Shown one piece after another: positions 1 to 11,600 of a DNA stretch of 64,000 nucleotides. Source of the DNA: Leucoraja erinacea (Eukaryota); the NCBI RefSeq assembly GCF_028641065.1, contig NC_073401.1:22258001-22322000 (forward strand), read 5' to 3'. How positions within the stretch are numbered: position 1 is the first letter of the stretch; the number at the start of each line of letters is the position of its first letter. The notes under the pieces are model-generated. The model saw only the letters and a program-made list of their open reading frames with translations. It made no database searches and had not been told where the DNA came from. A program made the position numbers and the translations under genes.

Positions 1-391
1 AATGAACCACCGTTGCACCACCAGCACATGCTTTCTGAGGTTATGCGTGATTCTCATCTCACATTGGGTAACACCACCGCTCTCTGTTTATTTACTGGTA
101 CCCCACGTTGCGAGAAGTATCTAGTCTCACTTTCAGCGAGCTGCCTATGATATGAAATTGCTGTTCAACGGAAATAATCAACCACAAAACTAGTTCAGAT
201 TATAAAGAATTAATAAAGGCTACAAAGGTCTGAATTGGGGTCCCGACCCGAAACGTCACCTATCAATTTTCTCCACAGAGTGACCCGCTGAGTTACTCCA
301 GCAATTTGTGTTTAATTCAGATTATAAAGCCTTTTGTCAAGTGATGCCCATGCAGGTGGTATGTGGACTGCGATTAGGCAGAATTAATGAG

Positions 392-419
392 TTCAGATTC
401 AGATTCAGATTCAGATTCA
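392..419. repeat. (TTCAGA)n microsatellite, probably a LINE tail
   Basis: About 4.5 units followed by CTTTAATTGTCATTG. Confidence 0.75.
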
Positions 420-474
420 ACTTTAATTGTCATTGTCAGTGTACAGTACAGAGACAACGAAATGCATTAGACAA

Positions 475-1055
475 CTAGACCAAGGGGGACTCGTTGGGTC
501 CCGTCCCCTCAACGCACGTTTGGGGGGGGGGGGGGGGGGGGGCGGCCTTCGGCGTCACACACACTAACCACTCTCCACACACATACACTACCACCCCCCC
601 CCTGATATTATACTAATATTATTCATTCGCTCCTTTTACCCCAACCCCGTCCTATCCACTCACGCATAACCCTCAACTGCACAGGCGCGGCTAGAGAGTG
701 GGGGGTGGTAATTGAGTGGTGGTGGGCAGAGATTGAAGGGTGGGCGGTGTCATGGGTCGATAGTTGGGTCGATCACCCATGCCCCCTGCTGCTAGTAGTG
801 CAGAAATGTTGCCGACAAGGGGGGCTTATGATTGGCTCGAGGAGGGGGCAGTGGCGTGGTCTACTCTGATTAAAAAAAATGCCCTGAAGATTGGTGTTGG
901 GCGCCCTTTCGTTGAGAGAACCTCAGCATTGGACCGTGTCGCGAACGGTGCCAGGTAATCTTGAACACAAACATCCTGCGGCGTGCTCTGCTGTGTACTC
1001 GGGATTTGCGCGTGTGCTCGGGGATAGTCGGGGATACGTGAACCTTATTTAGTAG
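475..1055 (-). mobile_element. Non-autonomous Helitron-like element (3' end clear, 5' end uncertain)
   Basis: Minus strand ends GGGACCCAACGAGTCCC hairpin-ccttggt-CTAG|T at 475, the same terminus family as 14190 and 45657. Confidence 0.55.
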
Positions 1056-2476
1056 TGTCATAAATTACTGAGTGAATCAAAACTGTTATCCGACTCCAGT
1101 GATTTATCGAACACAACAGTCAGTTTACTAACATTCTACTTCTCCGTCTTGGTGTATTTATTTTTCTTTTTTTTAACTTGTTCATTGAAACTCTCAATCT
1201 TCCGGCCTACAATTAATATTTGTAATACTGGGCGCCTTTTCTTTCAAGTTGTTCTTAGCCTTAACGTTTGTTAGGCTCAGAGGGTTTAAGCTTCTCATAG
1301 AACCATTGTTCTTCATTGAAACATAACTTTGCTGACATTTATGAGCTAGGTCATTCAATGGCTCCAATTGCTGAGTTACCATTGTACCATTCAATTAATT
1401 TTTCCAGTCTACTTAACACATCTCTGCGCTCATGACTCTGAAGAGTCAATAGAGGCATAGAAAAGTTCAGAACATAAATAGTTTGTTTGGCCCAAAGAGT
1501 TCACATGGAACATTCATTTACACTTATCCTAGATTAATCCCATCTGAAGAAGAGTCGCGTGCCAAAACGTCATATTTCCATGTTGTTGCTGCCTGACCCG
1601 CTGAGTTACTCCAGACCTTTGTGTCTTTTTCTGTCAACCAACATCAGTAGTTCCTTGTTTATCCAATCATCGTTCTATTCTCCCCACATTCTCATCAACT
1701 CCCACCATTACTCAGTTACACATTAGTTACGCAATTTACAGTGGCCGATTAATCCAACAACACGCATGTCTTTAGAATGTGGGAGGAAGATGTGGCACAT
1801 TGGAGGAAATCTAGTCATTCTCAGGAACAGCATGCAAACTCTGCACAGACAGCACCTGAGATGAGGCATAAACTCTGACCTCTGGCAGGTAGTGGCTTGA
1901 CTCGCTGTGCCATGTGAATTTATTTAAATTAGGCCCATCAAATTATCAAATTAAAGAGACTTTTCAATGGAAATTCTGAGAAAATCATAGAATGTTCAAA
2001 AAGATAAATGATCGATGTGAGACTTTGATAAAGAATTTCCTTTATTAGATATAAGATTTATTATAATCAAATACTCAGTAATACCTTGAAATTTGTCACA
2101 AAAATACTGTCCAATGATTTTCTCACGAATTATGCTATAATTTGAATGCACATTTAATGATAAAAAAGAAAATATATGTAAGTCCGTGGTGTAATTGTTG
2201 CCCTCATGACACATCATTAATAATGAGTATTAACATCATATTATGCAAAATATAATTTAAGGAAAGGATGCATGGGAATTTTCAAGGTGATCTTTGCAGG
2301 GTGCGTGTATGGAGCACGTTGGTTTGACCAAATGCTCTGTGGAGCATATAATGTAAACGGTGATAATTAGATTAATAAGCATATTATTAAGAATCAGACA
2401 TTTTACGTTTTGTATTCAGTTTGTTTTGTAAAGTCCTTTGCTTGCTCATGTTCATAAATGTTCTCTTAGTATTACA

Positions 2477-2609
2477 TCAGCCAGGGAGTTTTTGACAAAT
2501 ATATTTATACTGCATGGTGCAAGCATTATCATTCCACAGACCACCAGCAACAAGGTGTGCGCAGTGTTCACCATCCTGAAAATTGTCTGGTTGTCCAGGT
2601 TTCCAGAAT
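2477..2609 (-). CDS. C-type lectin last exon (CTLD exon 3): (K)[43 protein letters not shown]
   Basis: Acceptor tttctatttAG ends at 2610; phase 2 matches the previous exon; QPD, E-x-C, WND and YIC motifs; TGA at 2479-2477. This frame is not in the ORF track. Confidence 0.95.
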
Positions 2610-5600
2610 CTAAATAGAAAAATAAATTGTTGAACAAAGGACAGGTATAATCTTCAATGTGGAAGCAAGCATGGTTCAACATTATCTTACATGGAACTAC
2701 TATAAATGGCTGCAAGAAACTCTTACCAGAGTAATGATGATAAAAACTTTCCTTATTTGGGGTTGGATCTCAAAGGAAGCAGTCTGAGTTTTCCTGGAAA
2801 ACTTCATGCCACCCAATTCCAAATGTTGCCAATAATTTGGGATCAAAGGTTTCACACATGATGGGCCACCATTTTGACATTCAAGTGCTATTCCTGACTC
2901 ACCAAACAGCACCTGGGTAGAAACTGGGTTCAGTAAACTGATTGCAGTATTTACAGTGGACTTTAGCATTTGTTTCAAATGTTTGTATTTACTTGAGCTG
3001 TTCCACCTAGGTTCTGTAAGGAGTATGTGGGGACTTTCCAGGCAGTATGGTACATTATAAGTACTACTTTGTGTTTAGATACTTTGTGGTAATCTGAAGC
3101 CTGTGCATGCCATCAATGAAAGCCAGTGATTTACACAGTCTCCTGTTGGGCAACTTCCCTCTTAGTTCTTTTGCTCGGTGGTAGCTCTACATGCATTCCC
3201 AGCATAATTACTTGCGCTTGTACAGGTTATACTGACTGGCAATCTAGAGGACGAGAGGAATGACCTGGAGTCCACGAGTTCAATAAATCATCATAGCTTT
3301 TAATCTTTAGAAGAAGAAACTTTGGTCTTTCCATTTCGTAAATCCAGGTCTACAACTGGTATTATCAAGCAAGTTGTTTAGTTGTATCAAACCATTGAGT
3401 CGGTGAAGCATTAAACTGATAATTTCTGTGCTCCAAATTTAAAAGAACACATAACTTGCCTCTCAATCTACGTTTCAAAATATCTATCAGTATTAGAGAT
3501 CTGTAATTAAAAGACCCCATCAATAGTTTCAAAACAGTAATCTTTAAACGAAGAATTCCTGGCGTAAACTTATTTGGTCTTTCCATTTCGTAAATCCAGG
3601 TCCACAATTGGACTATCATATCAAGCAAGTGCTTCGTTTAGTTTATGAAAAAGATCACCTCTCATTTTTCCAAACCCCAAAGAATACAGATTCAATCTGT
3701 TCAGCAGGGAATCAAGTTGGTGGAGGCATACAAACCATTGAGTCAGTGACGCATTAAACTGATAATTTCTGTGCTCCAAAACTAATTGTGCTGCAAAAGA
3801 TTTACTCGTAGAACGCCATCAATTTTCCACCCAGAAACTGCACATGGTTGAATTTACTCGTAGAACGCCACCAATTTTCCACACAGAAACCCACAACCCG
3901 ATGAAAAGCACAATGTTCTGTTGTTGACACAATGTGTTTCCTTACTTCGGTGTGCTTGAGTAACTTGTACCATCTTCCCAATGCCAGTCACCTTCTTTGA
4001 CTGAGTCAGTGAGTCCAATCCAGTAAAGGTTGGAACCTAATCGATCCGCAATGAATTTCTGTGGTGCAAGTACATTATTATAGTTACAATTATGAAACAA
4101 ATAACTGATAATAAATGACAATAAACAAGTGTTAGGAATGTCTTGGCTTAGCATTAGCTGCTCATTATACACCATACTCGAAAGAGATTTCCATTGACCT
4201 AACCATTCAATTAAATAACAATCACAGCAACACAAATATAAGAAGATTTTCTGTGCTTCTTTTAATAATGCAAGAGAGATGATTGTTTCAACACGAGCTT
4301 AAGGGGATCTCAGAAATTTCATTGTACCTAGTGTATTATTTTCTCTCTTTCTCTCAAAGTCCACTTTACTAACTTGGTTCCGTGCTTATGCTGCTTAAAC
4401 CCCTGCTGTAGAATAAACACGGTAGTTAACTCAAAGACAAGACGGTCTCTCTTCCATTGATCTTGGTTCCATGATCACTCATTTTTTCATGAGTGAGAGT
4501 CTTTCAGTGTATGGGTACATACCAGTTATCTGCATATTGTGACGTTGTTGAAAGCTACTTTTAGAGTCTATGTGGGGTTTGTTGCAACATGTAAGGTAAC
4601 TGTAATATTACCTTTGGAGGAAGCAAGTATTGCAAGAGATCTTATAATGGGGATAATGAATCCGAAGCTCCAAGAAGATGAATCGACAGATTAATATGTT
4701 GCAAATAAAGGAGGATAAAGATAACTGCCATATTTATTATACAGCAGATTATTAAATATTTTCTTGAATCTCCCTCACCTGCATCCACCTATCATTCACC
4801 AGAATTTAGCCTGTACCCACCTCTCATCCAGCCTTCTCCCCACTACTACAATCAGGAAATGTCCCAACTTGAAATGTCGCCTATCTATGTTCTGCAGGCA
4901 TGTTGCCTGATCCACTCAGCATGTTTTATGACTTAATAATTACATTTGGATACTCAAGATATTTATTCACCTTTCTTATTTCTTTAACTGAAGAAAGAGA
5001 ATAAATAAGATAATTACACCATCAAAAAATTAGAAGGCCTGCAAATATTTTCCAAGATCACATTCAAACTATTAGGTGAACTACTTAGGTGAAATATGTG
5101 AACATTTGCACAGAGGTTTTGTCACATTGTATAGAAAAAAGCATAAAGCTAAATAAATGTCATACCTGTTCTGCCTCGTTGTGAATCACCATGAGGTATG
5201 ATTGTGTTAATTGGCATTCTCTCTTTGCATTTGGAAAGGTGTCCGCGATCAATGAAAAAAGATAGCACTTGTCACCGTATAACATAAAATGTTCTGGGCA
5301 GTGATTCCTGTCTATAAAACCGACCATTACATGCGTTAATATCACTATTCAGTGTCATAGCATCATAGGGTGATACAGCGTGGAAATAGACTCTTCGGCC
5401 CAACCTGCCCACACCAGCCAACATATCCCAGCTACACTAGTCCCACCTGCCTGCGTTTGGTCCATATCCCTCCAAACCTGTCCTTTCCATGTACCTGTCT
5501 AACTGTTTCTGAAACATTGGGATATTCCCATCCTCAACTACCTCCTCTGGCAGTTTGGTCCATATACCCACAACCTTTGTGTGAAAAAGTTACTCCTCAG

Positions 5601-8600
5601 ATTCCTATTAAATCTTTTCTCCTTCACCTTGAAACAATATCCTCTGGTCCTCGATTGACCTACTCTGGGCAAGAGTGTGCATCTACCCAATCTATTCCTC
5701 TCATGATTTTATATACTAAAGTGTACTTTATAGTCCATTGATTTTCAAGTAGCTTACAACATTTTCACTTTCTTGAAATGTATCCTTAAACCCCTGTCCC
5801 ATGGTATGAGTTTATTCCGACAGTTCTCCCGAGTTTGCCCTGATTCGAAATCGGAGATTTACGGTAATGGCCACTCATCGGTACTCCGGGTTCTCGTGGG
5901 CATTTTTCATCATGTTGAAAAATCTTCACGAGTCTTCCCGTGCTTACCTGCCTTCAGCGAGTCTTCCCGAGTGCCTGTCGCTCGCGCTAAGAGACGTCCC
6001 CGAGCTCCGACGTACCCGCTACGTAATTCTCCGTGCTTACCACGAGTTTGATTTTTTTTTAACTCGGGAGAGCTCTTGGAATGAACTCGCACCGTGGGAC
6101 AGGGCTATTACTTCATATGCAATTTTATTTCCACAACTTCCCTCCCTATTGTATTTTTCAATCTGAAGCGATATGCATCATTAGAAACTGGGGCATCTCT
6201 TCTGTGGGATGTATCCATTAAAGGTATGCATTTAAAATTACATTTCCAGGTATCTGTCAAAAGTGACCTCTAAACCAATAGCTAATCCCAAAAGCAGGAC
6301 ATCTCCAGTTTGGAAAGCTATGCTGAAAGACTTCTGGAAAAATGAATCAGTGAGTTTATAGCTGAGAGATAGCCAAGATAAATGAATACCATTAATATTG
6401 ACCATATCAATAATCTAGTTGTTTTTTCCATTAACATTGAATACATGCATGTATTTCAGCATACTGCCAATTTCATGAATAAATGTACTACATAGTTTTT
6501 GTTAATGATGTGGATATAATTCACCCATCATCTCTTCCATTGTAAACCAGAACCAAATGTACTATGGTTGCGCGGCACAGTGGCACAGCTGGGTTCAATG
6601 CTGACCATGGCTGCTCTCTGTATGGAGTTGTATCTTCTCCCTGTGACCACGTGGGTTTTTTCTGGTTGCTCCCACACTCCAAAGACATACAGGCTTGTAG
6701 GTTAATTGAGTTTGGTAATATTGTAAATTGTCTCTAGTGAGTATGGTAGTGTTTGTGTACGGGGTGATCACTGGTCAGCGCGGACTCGGTGGGCCGAAGG
6801 GCCTGTTTCCGTGCTGCATCTCTAAAGTATTTAAAAACTCATTCTGTGGTATGCAGACTGATCTTTAATTATGCCCTGCCATTTTACAGCCAAAATGTCA
6901 ATAGAGCATTTAGAGGAACAGCCAAAGAAGGTTCGCTCAGAAGTTACTGTCAGTTGCAAGTCACTCATGCTCGTGGCTGTACCTTGATTTCCAAAGTCAG
7001 ATCATTCCAAATAAGGAGATCCTATAGGAGTTTAAGAAGAAACTGCAGTTGTTGGAAAATCGAAGGTACACAAAAAAGCTGGAGAAACTCAGCGGGTGCA
7101 GCAGCATCTATGGAGCAAAGGAAATAGGCAACGTTTCGGGCCGAAACCCTTCTTCAGGTCCTATAGGTGGTTGGGCCGTGATGGACATTGGTGTGGTGCT
7201 ACCTGCCATCATGTGGATTGTGGTTGGATGAAGTGATGCCACTGTGAGGGTGGGCAAGGCACTGTGTGATGCCTGTTCTGGTGGAGAAAGTTGGAGTGAA
7301 GGGTTTAGTTTCAAGGTAAGGGACTGCCCATTTAAAAATAGATTTTCTCCTCCCAGATGGTTGAGAGATTCTGGAATCCTATAACCTAGATGGGTGTGGA
7401 GAATGAGTCACTACCTTGATTCAAGTTTGAAGTAAGCATTTTATTTAACTGCAGGGGAGATTGGGGATTAGGGGAACAGGTAAGAAAGGAGTGTTGTAGC
7501 AAAGATCAGATCAACTGTTATCTTTTACATTGTGGACAAATATCCAGCTGAATTACTTCCACTATTATTTCTTATTTCTCCCCTTTGTTCCACTTTGAGC
7601 ACCACAGGAGATTGTACACCCACCCAATAGAGTAGGTGCATTGGTTCAAAATCTCATCTAAATGATAGTCGCATGGCTCCTTCAGGAATGCACTGGAATA
7701 TCAGCCTGGAATTTTGTGCTCAAGTGGCTGGAAACATAGAAACATAGAAAATAGGTGCAGGAGTAGGCCATTCGGCCCTTCGAGCCTGCACCGCCATTCA
7801 ATAAGATCATGGCTGATCATCCAACTCAGTATCCTGTACCTGCCTTCTTTCCATACCCCCTGATCCCTTTACCCACAGGGGCCACATCTAACTCCCTCTT
7901 AAATATAGCCAATGAACTGGCCTCAACAACCCTCTGTGGCAGAGAATTCCAGAGATTCACCACTCACTGTGTGAAAAATGTTTTTCTCATCTCGGTCCTA
8001 AAGGATCTCCCCTTTATCCTTAAACTGTGACCCCTTGTCCTGGACTTCCCCAACATCGGGAACAATCTTCCTGCATCTAGCCTGTCCAACCCCTTAAGAA
8101 TTTTGTAAGTTTCTATAAGATCCCCCCTCAATCTTCTAAATTCTAGCGAGTACAAGCTGAGTCTATCCAGTCTTTCTTCATATGAAAGTCCTGACATCCC
8201 AGGAATAAGTCTGGTGAACCTTCCCTAGAGTCAGATCCAAGCTTGGCAATGGGAATACTGCCAAGAAGGAAGATATTTTGTTTTTATCCATTTGTTCAAG
8301 GGAGGTGGACATTGTTTGTTCATCTTTGTATGCCTCTGGTTTAAATGGGAGTTAAGAGTCAACCATATTGGGTTGGAGTCACTTACAGGGCTGGCTGAAG
8401 AACTGGAAAAACTTCACTGAACTTCATTCGAGCCTAATTTCGATAAAGTAAATGAATACTGTTATCTTACCCTTGAGCTCCAACATTGACATCAGGGTTG
8501 AGTTCAGTTCTTCCAGCTTTTCCATCTCGCCAGATAAATTTGCCACTAAATGCATTTAAACACAAATGCACAATTACATGTTTAATAAGGTGCAGACATT

Positions 8601-11600
8601 TTAAAGTAATTGTTCTTTTGAAAAGGAAGTTGGCTAGGCATTTGTGAAAAAAAATGGCTTTGTTGGGGAAGACAACATCAGGTATAGTACAGAGTAGAGC
8701 AAATTCACATACATTCTGGGTGCCTCAGAAATTAATTTCCTATTTTTTCAGCAGGATTCCCATTCTCTAAACATTTTACTCCTACACTCAAAATTCACCT
8801 GACCAAGCCTTTTGACAGTTAATCAACAATTCTTATTTGCATACAGAATAATCTTAACTGACCCTGTTTCCTCTGAGACAATGCAACTTAAATGGGCAGC
8901 TTTCTAACTGCACTAAGATCTTCTATGATTCCAAATATAATCTTATGCATGTCTTGACTGCAAGCAGAGTAGCAGATGCATTTGTCTGTAGTGTAAATAC
9001 AAGCATTGGGAGATCGCACTTAGAAATCTTCCTGTTGTGAGTACCTCGCAGAAGGCCAGGGTGGTTTCCACGTCCTCCTACCACGTGCAAAAAAACATGC
9101 TTCCTGCTTGCACTATTCTTTACCAGCCTGCCATTCCTTTAACTCCTCAGAGTACACTCCCAACCCCTGCCTCATCCATTCATTCATTCAGTAGCAATAA
9201 AAGGATAGTGTTTCTCTTCCTCTCAGAGCTGTGGTATTGTAACAAGTTCAAGACCTTTTAGGTTTAGGTTCAAGTTTATTATTCACCCGTGTACTGAGGA
9301 GCAGTGAAAAGCTTTGTTTTGCATGTTATTCAATGAAGTCAGATAACACCATACATCCAAGGTAGGTACAATAGGTAGAGCAAAGGGAAAGATACAGAGT
9401 GCAGAATATAGTTCTCAGCATTTAATGGCAGCATCACGCATCCAGACATAAAATCCAATGTGCTCAATGGGGTGAAGGTGAATTTGAACAGTACCCTAGT
9501 TTATGGAAGGACCTGCCTGACAACAGAGGGGACGAAGCTGTTCCTGAGTTTGGTGGTGTGCTTTGTCAACCTTTGATATTTTCTCCCTGACAGGAGTGGG
9601 TAGAAGAAGGAATGACCGAGGTGGGAAAGGCCTTTGATTATGTTTTTCTGCTGTCCCAAGGCAGCGTCACATAATAGGGAATATCAAGCTTGGCATTACA
9701 AAAGTGAACCCAGATGGCATTATCATATGAATTTCACAATTGAAATTTAATGCAATTTTCACGAAGAACATGAAGGAAATCCTGGATGCTAATTTAAAGC
9801 CGAATGATTTGCATGGAGCAATGTTCAGGCCATAAATGTTTGCCAAACACAATTGAAACTTGTCTTTCAATTTTTTTTTTAATAGATTCTAACAAGCTAT
9901 TTCTCAGGCAACATTTAAGTTAATAGATTCTTGAATGGAAGTATCACGGTGGAGCAGATTTCCTCTTTTTGGACTTTAAAGTAACATCTCTAAAAATCTG
10001 AAATGAAACGCGATGAACAATATGAACAACTGTAACTGATTTTATGCTTTCATTCATGCCAGATACATGTTAGAGCATATTGACTATTCTTCCATTTCAT
10101 GCAAATGGAAATTGAATGTGACCTACACTTTGTTTCTATTCATTAATTGCAAAGTACTTTTAGAAAAAGTTGTACATGCAAAAATCATTCTTGCTTGGAA
10201 TAATTTATTATTGTTTTTCAGTTTGCCTTTCAATAGAGAACTTCATATAATATCCCCACCCAAAAAATAAATGTGCACATTATTTATGGGTTCTATAGAA
10301 GGCAACTTCATTTAGAGGGTAATATCAAAATTCCATCAGATGGATTAGGTAGAAGTGCTTATCTGCAACCTTATCTATAGCCTAATCTGTTGTATTATCA
10401 AGTTACATGGCTTCTACTTCAAGAGCAGAAATGGTACAAGGGCTATGTGCACAAAGCTCTGGCATAGTCTGTTAATTTAAGTATATGTTAATCCTGAAAA
10501 ATGCATAAAGAGGAACAACAATGTAACGAGATACATAATAAATCTCAGTCATTTAATACCTCGGCCGTTCAGCAGCAAGTTAACTAATTACTTATTGTTA
10601 ATACTTACATGATATTTTATTTTCAACAAAGCAATGTCTATATCCCTTACTAAATATTTGAAGCTACAAAATTATTTATTTCTAAAATACAACATTGATC
10701 AGCAGTAATATTTAATCATTATTAACATTCACATTGAATTGTGAAGGATCTGACATAAAAATTCAACATTTCACACACATTCTACTACATATTTTTAAAA
10801 CACTTTAAGCTGGTAATAAGAATAATAACATATTTCATGGTATTCATTAATGTCCATATGCAGTAAATGTAGGTTGATTATGGTTAACGTTGTGGCAATT
10901 ATTCAACTAAATGAATTAATTATAGCAAATATAGGTAGGTATGACGTGGTTAGTTGTAAAAAAGTAATGTTTCTGAATTACAGGTAATTACAGAATTATG
11001 GTTTGTGGATAGTTCTCAGGAACAGAATGCTTATGTAACCCAGGGACTGCCTGCACTTGTATATTGCATATTTTATTCTTAAATAGTTGAAATACTTTTC
11101 TGCATGAGAAAGTTTAATGTTAACTGTCTTCCCCAAATAGCTTTACTGATTAATTATCTTTCTTACCAAGTGACATCACTTGTTGGAGTTGCAAAGAAAC
11201 GGAATCCTTGAATAACTGTATGGAATTTGAGTTCTGTTCTTGGACTTGAGAAAACTGCTTGTCTGGAAGAGAAAACACAAATATTTGACAACACTATAAT
11301 TGGCTGCATAAACGAGCCCAAATTTGTGCAAAGAAGTTGATCATTTTTTACATAGTGGAGAGAGCGATTCTGTTTTGTGGCACAGGACATAACACAGTGA
11401 CAGCAGTAATCTCCATTCATTGTTCATGGAAGTGATTAAGATAGTCCCAGATAGGACAATGCAATTCTTGCTTGCTGCAGCACAACAGAATATTGTAGGC
11501 ATAAAACTCAGCGGGTGCAGCAGCATCTATGGAGGGAAGGAAATAGGCAACATTTCGGAAGAAGGGTTTCGGCCCGAAACGTTGCCTATTTCCTTCGCTC

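Noticed and set aside
1194-1394. 66-aa minus-strand ORF downstream of the lectin gene
   Set aside because: No recognisable motif or convincing splice sites.
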